Assembly: GCA_963662435.1 (NCBI GenBank)
Contig: OY759598.1
Location: 2,946,507 to 3,010,506 of the forward strand
Source of the DNA: Dehalococcoidia bacterium
GTDB lineage: Bacteria; Chloroflexota; Dehalococcoidia; Lucifugimonadales; VXLM01
DNA length: 64,000 bases
Direction: 5' to 3'
The notes under the pieces were generated by a model. The model did no database searches. It worked only from the letters and a program-made list of their open reading frames with translations, and was not told the origin of the DNA. A program made the translations under genes and the position numbers. Of the stretch, positions 28,994 to 37,990 are shown piece by piece. How positions within the stretch are numbered: the first letter of the stretch is position 1; each line of letters opens with the position of its first letter.

Positions 28994-29416
28994 TTACTGA
29001 ACCGGACCGACGCGGGAGCCGGAGTGTCGGGCATCATGAAGGGTTCTTTTTAGTTCCTCACCGTCGATGAGACCTTTCCAAGAACCAGCGGCCGATTTCG
29101 CCCCTTTGAGTCTCTCTTCCACCGTCAGCCTCGAACTGGCGTCGCCCTTCTTCAGGTCCCCATAGCGGAGAGTCCACTGCCCGCCGACATGACGGCCTGC
29201 GCCGACTGCCAATGGGTCAGGGTGACCGGCCGCGACCCAGTCCCTATCATCGCCACGACTCTCCCGCAACTCGATCAGCACCCGCGCGGCTTCGGCTCTG
29301 GCGGTTGGCTTATCTTGATGCCACTGCTCCACCTTCGGGAAGTCAGGCTCATCTTTGCTGTCGCCCTCCGGATGCCAAAAGGACACCATCCACCGTACAG
29401 GTCTATGGTTGTTCAT
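28994..29416 (-). CDS. Putative antitoxin with atypical N-terminal domain (start uncertain)
   Basis: Directly upstream of vapC; C-terminus SAAGSWKGLIDGEELKR resembles VapB-type toxin-binding tails. Confidence 0.55.
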   Translation of the reverse strand: MNNHRPVRWMVSFWHPEGDSKDEPDFPKVEQWHQDKPTARAEAARVLIELRESRGDDRDWVAAGHPDPLAVGAGRHVGGQWTLRYGDLKKGDASSRLTVEERLKGAKSAAGSWKGLIDGEELKRTLHDARHSGSRVGPVQ

Positions 29417-29580
29417 TACATTCCGTCCTTTCTTCAGGCTAGCCCTCAGACGCACGAAACGCGCGTAATCGGGGGCCACGTCCTCGCACGACAGCACATA
29501 GATCTCGTACACGATTCCCTTCAACTCCCGCTTGTTCGCCGTTCTCGCGTCTCTCGGTCGTATGGCATTCGGTGCTCACC

Positions 29581-30096
29581 CTAGTTAAAGCCTCGAATGA
29601 GTACGACGCCGGTCATGAGGGCGGCGATGCCCAGTATGCGGATGTAGTCGGCCCGGATGATGTTTCCTCCGAACGCCCCGAAGTGGTCGAGGAGTACCGC
29701 TGCCGTCAGCTGGCCGGCGATGACGGATGAGATGAAGAGTCCGACGCCGAGGCGTGGAGCGAGGAATCCCGCGCCTACGAGGAAGGGAATCGGCATGAGT
29801 CCGGTGAGGACGTAGTACCACTCCAAGTCTCTTGCGGAGAAGGCCAGCAAGACGGTGGCGGCGATCGCGAAGGCGATCATGATGTAGGGGCGGTCGAACG
29901 GCGGTGGAAGGCCGATGGACGAGGAGGCGGAGCGGTATGCCACGAATGCGGTGAGGCCGACGACCGTCGCGAGGAGGGATATCCACACTGCTGCTCCCGG
30001 CGTGCGCGCGGTGCCGATGGCGCCTAGCATCGCTGCCTGCATGGAGATTCCCGCTCCGCTGAGAATCGCGAGCATGATGAAAAGAACCTGCGTCAC
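29581..30096 (-). CDS. DMT superfamily transporter (YdcZ/DUF606-like)
   Basis: AGISMQ, PRLGVG, IAGQL..AVLLDHFG; about five TM helices. Confidence 0.88.
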   Translation of the reverse strand: MTQVLFIMLAILSGAGISMQAAMLGAIGTARTPGAAVWISLLATVVGLTAFVAYRSASSSIGLPPPFDRPYIMIAFAIAATVLLAFSARDLEWYYVLTGLMPIPFLVGAGFLAPRLGVGLFISSVIAGQLTAAVLLDHFGAFGGNIIRADYIRILGIAALMTGVVLIRGFN

Positions 30097-31373
30097 GGCC
30101 GTTCCTCGACTCTCCGGTCGTCCACCAGCTTCATCTTCCGCGAGCCCGTGAAGTACGACTCGTCAACATAGTCGAACCGCAGCATGGCGAGCTTGCTCGT
30201 GACCAGGAATTCCAGCTCCAGCTGCTCGGAAAGGAGTGAGTCCTTCGTGCGCTTCTCGTGGTTTCGCATTTCGACAGGAAGAAGGACCGTGAGGACGTCC
30301 TGCGCTTCGGTCGAGAGGGCAACCTGCATGTAGCCGACCTCGTCGAGCTTCCTGTAGACCGAACGCAGAAGCGAGTCGTAGTGGAACTTCGACCCGAGTA
30401 TGGAGAAGCTGTCACCCGCTCTTCCGAGCACGTCCACCCGCGGATACGGCAGCCCGCACGGGCAGGGGCCGGGTATCACTACTATCTCGTCGCCGAGGGC
30501 GTACCGAATCAGGGGAACGGTCTTCTGCGCGAGGCTCGTTACCACGAGTTGTCCGTCCGAGCCGCCGCGCTCGGATGGGCCAAGCTCGAAGAGGTTTCGG
30601 TCGGTGTAGAGGTGGATGCCAGCATGGGCCGAGCATTCGATACCCAGGGACGAGGTCTCCGCCGCGCCGTAGTAGCTAAAGACCTCTATCTCCCACTCGG
30701 TCTCCAACTCCGCCCTCAACTGCTTGGGCACCCGCTCGCCAAGAAAAACGACCTTTCTCAGGCTGCCGCCGCCCACTTCCTCGTAGCTCTGTCGCAGTGT
30801 AGGCCAACATCGCTCGAACATGGAGGGCACCGCGAAGATAACAGTGGGGTCGAGTAGCGCCAATGCCTCGAGCGTCCAGCCCTGATTGCGCCCGACCGAG
30901 TACACGTATGCCTCGTCCACTGCAACAAGTTCGAGGGCGCGGGCGAAGGACACCATGAGGTACACAGGATCGGTGTCGAGGCAGGCCACGCGGTCGGTGG
31001 CGGTGATTCCTGTTACACGGAAGAGATCAGCCATGAACTCGTGGTCGCCCTGGTCATCTTCACAGGAGATGAACCGCTTCTTTCGGACTCCGGTGGTGCC
31101 TGACGAGGTCTCCATGTCGACAATGCCGTCTACGACCGTGAGGCTCTCATTGCTCACTCTTGCAAGCGCGTCGGCTCCGATAACAGGCAGGCGCTCAAGG
31201 ATGGCGAAAGGGTCGTGGTGTGAAAGCGCGTCGGTCCCTGCTCCGGCTCGCTGGAAGTGGTCGCGGTAGGTCGTGAACGTCTCGTGGGCGTATTGGAGTG
31301 CGGCGCTTAGCTTTACGCCGGTATCCACATCAGCCCGTTCGAGCAACCGGAAGTCGCCGAGCGCGGTGGTCAT
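30093..31373 (-). CDS. Phenylacetate-CoA ligase (PaaK)-like adenylate-forming enzyme
   Basis: TSSGTTG, SYYGAAET, PLIRYALGD, CPCG, LGR.GD. Confidence 0.85.
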   Translation of the reverse strand: MTTALGDFRLLERADVDTGVKLSAALQYAHETFTTYRDHFQRAGAGTDALSHHDPFAILERLPVIGADALARVSNESLTVVDGIVDMETSSGTTGVRKKRFISCEDDQGDHEFMADLFRVTGITATDRVACLDTDPVYLMVSFARALELVAVDEAYVYSVGRNQGWTLEALALLDPTVIFAVPSMFERCWPTLRQSYEEVGGGSLRKVVFLGERVPKQLRAELETEWEIEVFSYYGAAETSSLGIECSAHAGIHLYTDRNLFELGPSERGGSDGQLVVTSLAQKTVPLIRYALGDEIVVIPGPCPCGLPYPRVDVLGRAGDSFSILGSKFHYDSLLRSVYRKLDEVGYMQVALSTEAQDVLTVLLPVEMRNHEKRTKDSLLSEQLELEFLVTSKLAMLRFDYVDESYFTGSRKMKLVDDRRVEERP

Positions 31374-32728
31374 TGCTCTGCGACGCCGCGTGGCGCAGTC
31401 GGCAGTCTGGAACGCGCCTGATCGCTCCTTGGGGTTCGCTCTATCCGCACGTCCCTCAGCGGGCGTCTCACGGAGGAGGGAGACATTCCCTCTTTCAGCG
31501 AGGCCATCACGCCGGTTGCCTCCCAGTAGTTATCGACGATGTGCAATTGGTCGGAGGCCCAGGGAAGCAGCGAAAGCTCGTTCTTCATCAGGTTCCGGTT
31601 CTCGCGGACGGCGATGACCGGTATGCCCTGTTCGAGGGCGGCCAGGGTCGGCAGCCCGATGCACCCGTCGGGGATGACAAGGCAGGAGACGTCTCTCGAA
31701 GTGAGGGTGTCTGATTGGGACATCTCGGCGCGCCCGGTGACAATTCGCGGCGCTGTATGCATTCCCTTGAGGACCGATTGCAGGAACGAGAGCGAGATGA
31801 CCTCCGCGGCCATGCGGGGGTCCACGACGCCGGGGTCGATGTTTGCCACTTCCGTCGACTCCATCATCGGCGCGTGGGCGGATGGCACGTTGTAGACGGT
31901 TGATATCGCATGAGTGAGCATCGCCTCAACGCCGCCCCAGGGGTTAACGACCTCGCCCCTTGAGGAGAAGTAGCTCTCGTGAGGCACGTCGACGTCGACG
32001 AGGGTGGACAGAGCAACGGCATCGTATTCCCCACGATGGGTATCGAGCACCTCGAAGACCCGCTCCAACTCCTCGACGGTACCGGCTGCGCGACCTGATT
32101 GTGTGTACTCGCCCCGTACAGGCAGTGGGGGATCGAGGACGACGACGCGAGGGCACGTGAGCCCATAGGTCGACCGTGCGGCGTTTACGGCGTTGACAGT
32201 GGAGCGCGCGAAGCGCTCCTCGGGGTGCGCGTCGATGATGACGAGGACGCGGTTCGACCGGACTCTTTGGAGACCGATGGCGCCCATGAGAAAACGGCTC
32301 AGAAGGCTGCCTTCCACGTAGAGGCCGTTTACCGGCATCTCGTTCAGGTCGGAGGCGTTGACGACGTTCGGATGAGTGATGAGTGTGTCGCAGACGGATG
32401 CCAGCAGCCTCGCCACGGGCGTCGCGTCTCCGGCGTGTCCGCCTATCTCCGCCCCGATGCCCGTTGGGACGACGAGAACGGCGTTGAAGGCGCTCTGGTT
32501 CTCGTCGATTCGGGGATGGAGTTCGAACATGGAGGGCCCGACGGACTCCGCTCCCTCCAGAATGCCAATCTCGAAACGGTAGGAATTCCCTAAAGACTCG
32601 GTGACGGCGAACCGTATCGGCTTCTGGCCGTCGTGGAGTTGGCCGTCGATGTTCCGGCCGATGTCGTCGAGCGTTCCGATACGCCCATTCGTCGCGGTCT
32701 GCGTAAGCTCGCGCTCGAAGAGCCTCAC
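31370..32728 (-). CDS. DUF3326 domain-containing protein
   Basis: VVPTGIGAEIGGHAGDA, LITHPNVVNAS, YVEG, NPWGGVEA..TH, AHAP, VDPRMAAE, IPVIAVREN. Confidence 0.88.
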   Translation of the reverse strand: MRLFERELTQTATNGRIGTLDDIGRNIDGQLHDGQKPIRFAVTESLGNSYRFEIGILEGAESVGPSMFELHPRIDENQSAFNAVLVVPTGIGAEIGGHAGDATPVARLLASVCDTLITHPNVVNASDLNEMPVNGLYVEGSLLSRFLMGAIGLQRVRSNRVLVIIDAHPEERFARSTVNAVNAARSTYGLTCPRVVVLDPPLPVRGEYTQSGRAAGTVEELERVFEVLDTHRGEYDAVALSTLVDVDVPHESYFSSRGEVVNPWGGVEAMLTHAISTVYNVPSAHAPMMESTEVANIDPGVVDPRMAAEVISLSFLQSVLKGMHTAPRIVTGRAEMSQSDTLTSRDVSCLVIPDGCIGLPTLAALEQGIPVIAVRENRNLMKNELSLLPWASDQLHIVDNYWEATGVMASLKEGMSPSSVRRPLRDVRIERTPRSDQARSRLPTAPRGVAEQ

Positions 32729-33867
32729 GACGAGCCCTCCATTTCGACGAAATTCCCGTCGTCTCTGAGCTCGTAGACTGCAGGCATGGGGATGCCGTTA
32801 AACGTGCTCGCCTTGACGATGGTGTACGCCCCTGCGTTCGTGAACGCGACGCGTGAGCCGACTTGCAGCGGCTCGTCGAAGCGGTATTCGCCGAAGATGT
32901 CGCCCGCCAAACATGAGATGCCTGCGAAAACGTACTCGTACGCTCCAAGTTCGCTGTGGCCTTCGACGTCGTGGCGGTACTGGTACTCGAAGACCTCAGG
33001 CATGTGGTTGACGGTCGTGTCGAGCACGGCAACCCTGTTGCCGTCGCTGTCAAAGAGGTCCAGGACGGAAGCCACCATGTAGCCGCTCGCGCGCACGAAT
33101 GCCGCGCCCGGCTCGATGACTACCTCCGCCCCGTGCCGATCACGTATGAGATTTGCGGCATCTCTTAGCGGATCGAGTTTCGCTCCTTCATCGAAAAGGT
33201 AGCCGCCTCCGAGGTTGACCCATTTGACTTGCGACAGGACGTGCCCAATCCGAGAGTCGAGGAGTCGGACGGTCTCGTGCAGTTCGCCCAGGTCGGTCGA
33301 GTCGCAGTTGGAGTGAATGTGGAGGCCTTCAACCATCGGCGCGAGACTGTCGGCGGAGGCAGCGAGGTCATCAAGTGAAACGCCGAGCTTGGTGTGCGGG
33401 CGGCATGGATCGTAACGATGGTCGTCTACGAATGAACGACCGGGATTCACGCGGAGGCCTATCGAGGCGCGTCCGGCGAACACGGGACCCCATTGCTTAA
33501 GCTGGGAGAGCGAATTGAAGGTCACGTAGTCGCAAATCTCCGCCAATGCGTCGGCCTCGCGAGGCGGCACCGCGACGGTGCAGAGGTGGACTCTTCCCGA
33601 GTCTCCCAGCGCCCTCCGGGCGGCGCGTGCCTCGGCCAGCGAGCTTACACCAAAGCCGTCGACGAAGGGCGTGAGGGTGGTCAGGACGCCAGGCAGAGAG
33701 TTGGCTTTGACCGAGTAGAGGAGGTCGCAGCCCGCGTTGCGTGCGGCAGCCCGTATGCGCGACGCCGTGCGACGTAGGTCGTCGACATGGCACACCATGG
33801 AAGGCGTCTGCGGGACCGAAGTCGCTGCCTGCGCGGGAGAGCGGCTCTGTATAGGAGCTTCCACCAT
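32725..33867 (-). CDS. nspC: Carboxynorspermidine decarboxylase (NspC)-like PLP-dependent group IV decarboxylase
   Basis: YSVKA (PLP Lys), GLRVNP..YDPC...KLG, GLHIH..C, NLGGG, IEPG, HMPEV, CLAGD, YT.VK..TFNG. Confidence 0.8.
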   Translation of the reverse strand: MVEAPIQSRSPAQAATSVPQTPSMVCHVDDLRRTASRIRAAARNAGCDLLYSVKANSLPGVLTTLTPFVDGFGVSSLAEARAARRALGDSGRVHLCTVAVPPREADALAEICDYVTFNSLSQLKQWGPVFAGRASIGLRVNPGRSFVDDHRYDPCRPHTKLGVSLDDLAASADSLAPMVEGLHIHSNCDSTDLGELHETVRLLDSRIGHVLSQVKWVNLGGGYLFDEGAKLDPLRDAANLIRDRHGAEVVIEPGAAFVRASGYMVASVLDLFDSDGNRVAVLDTTVNHMPEVFEYQYRHDVEGHSELGAYEYVFAGISCLAGDIFGEYRFDEPLQVGSRVAFTNAGAYTIVKASTFNGIPMPAVYELRDDGNFVEMEGSS

Positions 33868-33964
33868 TGCGCGAAGGTAGCAGGGAACGGGGATAGCGTC
33901 AACACTTGGACGGTATGAGTAACTGTTAAGACTACGTGAGAACGCTCAACACGCACAGACTCCC

Positions 33965-33988
33965 TCATACCCGCGAGAACGGGTATCC
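33965..33988. repeat. Degenerate REP-like palindrome, family A
   Basis: TCATACCCGCGAGAACGGGTATCC in the divergent intergenic region. Confidence 0.6.
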
Positions 33989-34090
33989 ACAGGGGGATTC
34001 TCATCAACTCCGAACTGTTACGGCAAGCACGTTTCGGTTGACCTTCGTTTGGGCCGAATCTACAATGGCACGCGGTAGGAAGGTGTAGGC

Positions 34091-34663
34091 GTGATTAAGT
34101 CCCTGTTCGGGCGCAAGAAGAAGAAGCTCACCGGCGCTACCTCTCTTGCCGAGAGTGTGAAGGACGCAGCCGTCGGCGACGTGTTCACAATCATGGGATT
34201 CGACTTGGAGTACGATGACGGCTACTACCTCATCGAGGCCAAGCACCGGTACGCGACCAGCTATAGCACATGGTACGAGCTGGTTGCAGGCGACGGCGAC
34301 CGCAAGTTGTGGGTCTACTGGTCGAACGACGGCGGGCAGCTATTCGCCTCCGCCACCAACAACAACGAGCCGGTTTCCCTGGAAGTACTCGAACTCACGC
34401 GCGACGACCTCGCGCAAGTGGACGAGGAACACTCGCTGAGCAACTACTTCACCTACGAAGGACGTGATTTCTACTACCTCAACAGCGGTGAGGCGTTCTT
34501 CTTCGAGGGTGGCCAGGGCGATGGAATCGGGTATTATACGTGGGACCTGATGAGTTCAGACGAGCGCACGGTCTTGTCCATAGATAAATTCAGCGACCGT
34601 CCATATGAATGTTACTTCAGCAGCGTCATCTCACCTGACAGCATTACCGTGTACAAGCAGTGA
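34091..34663 (+). CDS. DUF4178-like protein
   Basis: VGD, Y....WYE, TYEGRDFYYLNSGEA, YYTWD, LSIDK pattern; upstream of DUF350 as is typical. Confidence 0.7.
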   Translation: MIKSLFGRKKKKLTGATSLAESVKDAAVGDVFTIMGFDLEYDDGYYLIEAKHRYATSYSTWYELVAGDGDRKLWVYWSNDGGQLFASATNNNEPVSLEVLELTRDDLAQVDEEHSLSNYFTYEGRDFYYLNSGEAFFFEGGQGDGIGYYTWDLMSSDERTVLSIDKFSDRPYECYFSSVISPDSITVYKQ

Positions 34664-34702
34664 CCTGCATTGACGACCTCATGTGATGGACACAGGGGAA
34701 AA

Positions 34703-34758
34703 CGTTCGCGGTGAGCCTGGAGAACCGTGAACTGCCCTTCGACAAGCTCAGGGTGAAC
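34703..34758. repeat. REP-like family B doublet
   Basis: CGTTCGCGGTGAGCCTGGAGAACC ... CCCTTCGACAAGCTCAGGGTGAAC. Confidence 0.8.
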
Positions 34759-34805
34759 AGAGTATATTGGCCGGTAGCACCTCGACAGATACGTTCTGAG
34801 GGAGA

Positions 34806-35735
34806 ATGACCATGGTTGACACCTTTGTACAGACGCTCGAATACTTCCCGCGGGGACTCGTTTACGTTGCGCTGGGGATAGTCGTCCTGTATATCGCCAA
34901 GTGGATTCTCGATCTCGTCACTCCATACCACGTTGGCGATCAGCTTGGCGAGAAGGACAACACGGCTCTCGGCCTGAGCATCACCGGGTACTTCCTCGGC
35001 GTGATCATCGTGTTCGTCGCGGTTCTGTACACGCCGTTCACCTCCGGTGGGGAGTTCCAGTGGCAGTTCGACGCCGACTTCGGGTTCGACGTGTTGGAAG
35101 TCTTCCTCTACTCGCTTGGCGCCATCGTGGTGCTGAACCTCACGCGATTCTTGGTGGACCGCCTGCTGCTGTTCAAGTTCAACGTGGAGAAAGAGGTCAT
35201 CGAAGACCAGAACGCGGGGACCGGGGCCGTCGAGTTCGCTGTCTACATAGCCGTTGCGCTCGTGATCGCGTCGTCGCTGGCGGGCTACGAGGTCACGCCA
35301 CTGGGAGCCGTTGCGCCGAGCATCCTCGATGAGATCATCCGCTCGGTCGCCTTCTTCTTCCTGGGAATGGTCGTGCTTGTCGTGTACGCACTGTTCTACC
35401 AGGTCATCACTCCTTACGACATCCACGATGAAATCGAGAAAGACAACGTGGCCGTCGGAGTCGCGCTGGCTGCCAACCTGATAGCAATCTCCATAGTGAT
35501 CTTCAAGGCGGTGACGGGCGAGTTCGTCGGGTGGAGCGAGAGCCTCATCTCCTTCGCCACGTTCGCCGTCATTGGGTTCGCGCTCCTACTGGTTGTGCGG
35601 TGGATCATCGACAAGGCGATGTTCCCCAAAGTGAAGATCGCGGACGAACTGGCCCGCGATCGAAACCTCAGCTTGGCGTTCGTTGTGGGTGGGATCGTGA
35701 TCAGCGCCTCGCTGGTTCTCTTTTTCGCGATTTAG
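34806..35735 (+). CDS. DUF350 (YjfL-like) membrane protein, internally duplicated
   Basis: TPY....L.EKDNTALG, EDQNAGTG, TPYDIHDEIEKDNVAVG, RDRNLSLA repeats; about eight TM helices. Confidence 0.88.
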   Translation: MTMVDTFVQTLEYFPRGLVYVALGIVVLYIAKWILDLVTPYHVGDQLGEKDNTALGLSITGYFLGVIIVFVAVLYTPFTSGGEFQWQFDADFGFDVLEVFLYSLGAIVVLNLTRFLVDRLLLFKFNVEKEVIEDQNAGTGAVEFAVYIAVALVIASSLAGYEVTPLGAVAPSILDEIIRSVAFFFLGMVVLVVYALFYQVITPYDIHDEIEKDNVAVGVALAANLIAISIVIFKAVTGEFVGWSESLISFATFAVIGFALLLVVRWIIDKAMFPKVKIADELARDRNLSLAFVVGGIVISASLVLFFAI

Positions 35736-35751
35736 TCGAGATTAGACTACC

Positions 35752-35779
35752 CGTCATTCCCGCGAAAGTGGGAATGACG
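35752..35779. repeat. REP family A hairpin between convergent genes (possible bidirectional terminator)
   Basis: CGTCATTCCCGC-GAAA-GTGGGAATGACG. Confidence 0.8.
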
Positions 35780-35827
35780 ACTTGGGGCCGGGCAGCGAAC
35801 CAAAACGCAGACTACGCTAGCCATCTA

Positions 35828-36916
35828 TTAAGGGTCGAGGGAGCGTCTTAGCTGTGCGTCCTCATCCGCGAGGGATGATTCGCTCGCACGCTGTTCCATG
35901 AACTCGAAGCCCGCGTCGATGATCGCGTCGAGGTCTTTCGGGCTTATCAGAGGGCGCTCGACCACTGGCAAAAGCAGTGATTCGAAGAACTCACGCTCGT
36001 GAACGACCCTCCGCCAGTCATCGGCCATTTGGCCGAATTCCCCGTCGCACAGTTCAACGAGCAGGATGGCACGCGCGGCGCTAAGGCCCTCTTTTTCGTA
36101 GACGGGTATCCGAAGGTCATCGCCCCCGCTCGTGCCGAATACGCACTCTTCCGTCACAGCATCGTAGAGAACGTCCGCGAACACCTCGTAGCGTTCGATG
36201 ACCGTCTCGGCCTCGGCAATCATGCTATCGATGGTCTCCTGTCCCAACTCAGTCAGCTCGAATTGCCCGATCTCGTCGGGGCGTTCGACTAATTCCTCCT
36301 CCACGAGTCCTTGGGCAACGGGCACCAATTTGCCGTCCACGTCTTCGGCTGGTTCGGTGGGAAGGGCGTAGTCGGATGCGCCGAGAAAGAAGAGGAGGAC
36401 TCGCGAACGCATCCATGTCAGGGCTTCGTCCACGTCGCCAAAGTCCCCTCGACATATGGAATAATCGATGGCCGAGAACCATTGCTCAAGGACAAGGTCG
36501 AGCACGGGGGGCGTGTCGACCTTGGTCAGGTGCAGACTGACGACGGAACCGTTGTCGAGCATTGGGCCATGGTTCACGTGAGTCTCGACGCTGCACAGAC
36601 CCAGCTCTTTGCGCGCGAAGATCTCGACGAGAGCCTCGTACATGTCGGGGAGGTCGGGGTTCCCCTTCGCGTCGAGTCGCTCAACGAAGGGTTGCTGGAG
36701 CGAGGGATTGGACGGAAACACCCGTTTGAACAGTTCCTGAAGCGACAGAGACGACATTTCGTCGCGTAGGGCTATCCAGAATCCGTCCTCGATGGGCATG
36801 TCGCCGAGGGTGATACGCAAAACGAAGGCCGTGTCGTCGTGGACAAGAAAATGGGCTCGCCACGGAGCTGAGGCATGGTCGAACGGCTTAGCGTACTTCG
36901 GCGCTTCTTCGGGCAA
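35828..36916 (-). CDS. Hypothetical protein with a central winged-helix-like segment
   Basis: 362-aa ORF; L...GLV.EELVE....FELTELG wHTH-like motif; last gene of the minus-strand run. Confidence 0.7.
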   Translation of the reverse strand: MPEEAPKYAKPFDHASAPWRAHFLVHDDTAFVLRITLGDMPIEDGFWIALRDEMSSLSLQELFKRVFPSNPSLQQPFVERLDAKGNPDLPDMYEALVEIFARKELGLCSVETHVNHGPMLDNGSVVSLHLTKVDTPPVLDLVLEQWFSAIDYSICRGDFGDVDEALTWMRSRVLLFFLGASDYALPTEPAEDVDGKLVPVAQGLVEEELVERPDEIGQFELTELGQETIDSMIAEAETVIERYEVFADVLYDAVTEECVFGTSGGDDLRIPVYEKEGLSAARAILLVELCDGEFGQMADDWRRVVHEREFFESLLLPVVERPLISPKDLDAIIDAGFEFMEQRASESSLADEDAQLRRSLDP

Positions 36917-36921
36917 GTGAG

Positions 36922-37761
36922 TCAGCCACTCCGGCGGGCCGTGCCGAGGATGTTCTGTCCGCTGCCACCGCCAAAGAAACCGCCGCGGCCACTTGAGAAT
37001 CCACCTCGTCCACCGGAATACCCGGAGCGACCCACCGTTCCCCAGCTGCTGCGCACTCCTGTGGAGCTCTTCTTGTATGTGCCGGTGGTGCGAGCGCTCG
37101 ACTGGTAGGACTGCCTTGCGCCGCTGAGATTGCGCCCAGCCGAATCGTAATTCGATCCCGCAAATCCCTTCTGTCTATTGAAGAATGCGCCGTTCTGCCT
37201 CACCTGCTGTTCGTACGAATAGGAGCTGCGGTAGTACTTGCGAGATGGGCTAATCGCCCCCCGGGCATAGCCGGGGTCGGTCGCATATATGTACCTCGGC
37301 CCGGCGAGTGTTGACAGCGCGAAGTAGGTGAAGAGGAAGCTTCCGGGGCCCCACGTCGAGTGGTAGTACGAGTTGGCGTGGTAGCCCTGCATTTCGTAGC
37401 TCTTGTCGTTCTTCTCCGTTATGGTGAAGAGCCTCTCATCCGGCTCGTCATCTATGGAGAAGTTGCCGTTGAGGTCTTCCCAGCCCTCGAGCACCAGCGC
37501 CGTATCGGTCTGCTCCGCACGGACGAGGACGAGGCCGTCTCCCTCGAATATCTGGTTGACCCGGGTCTCGAAGGCGCTGACGCTATTTGCCCCTTTGAAG
37601 GCGGTCTGCACCTCGTCGAGGTTGATGCGACCCGCCGCGCCGTCCGTCGCGGCCCAGTCGTCGTAGGACGGCCCTGAGCTGCACGCGGCCACAACAGGAC
37701 CGGCCGCCATTGCGAGACCCGCAGACGCTCGGATTCCCAGTTTGCGCCAGCGCGTGGTCAT
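36922..37761 (-). CDS. Lipoprotein with Gly/Ser/Arg-rich tail (YgiB/YjfM/UPF0323-like), paralog 2
   Basis: GGAGG RBS; lipobox VAAC; tail GFSSGRGGFFGGGSGQN. Confidence 0.8.
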   Translation of the reverse strand: MTTRWRKLGIRASAGLAMAAGPVVAACSSGPSYDDWAATDGAAGRINLDEVQTAFKGANSVSAFETRVNQIFEGDGLVLVRAEQTDTALVLEGWEDLNGNFSIDDEPDERLFTITEKNDKSYEMQGYHANSYYHSTWGPGSFLFTYFALSTLAGPRYIYATDPGYARGAISPSRKYYRSSYSYEQQVRQNGAFFNRQKGFAGSNYDSAGRNLSGARQSYQSSARTTGTYKKSSTGVRSSWGTVGRSGYSGGRGGFSSGRGGFFGGGSGQNILGTARRSG

Positions 37762-37860
37762 GGGGACACCTCCTGCGCGACAGTGGCAGTATCTTATATC
37801 AGTGCGGCTTCCGCGTCATCGCAGGGTATCGTGGGTGTGTCCAATTGGGTCAGCCGAAGA

Positions 37861-37949
37861 CGTGCGTGGTGAGCTTGTCGAGCCATGAACGGCGGAAACA
37901 CCATTCCACAGGCTCAGAGACTTCCCCGTACCTGATACGGGGATAAACG
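37861..37949. repeat. REP-like family B doublet with nested CCCGTA-N5-TACGGG hairpin
   Basis: CGTGCGTGGTGAGCTTGTCGAGCC ... TTCCACAGGCTCAG[AGACTTCCCCGTACCTGATACGGG]ATAAACGG. Confidence 0.7.
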
Positions 37950-37960
37950 GGGGCACTCAT

Positions 37961-37990
37961 GGGCACCCCTATGCCGGTCGCCGGGGTGCC
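37961..37990. terminator. GC-rich hairpin at the stop of lipoprotein paralog 1
   Basis: GGCACCCC-N14-GGGGTGCC; no U-tract. Confidence 0.4.
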
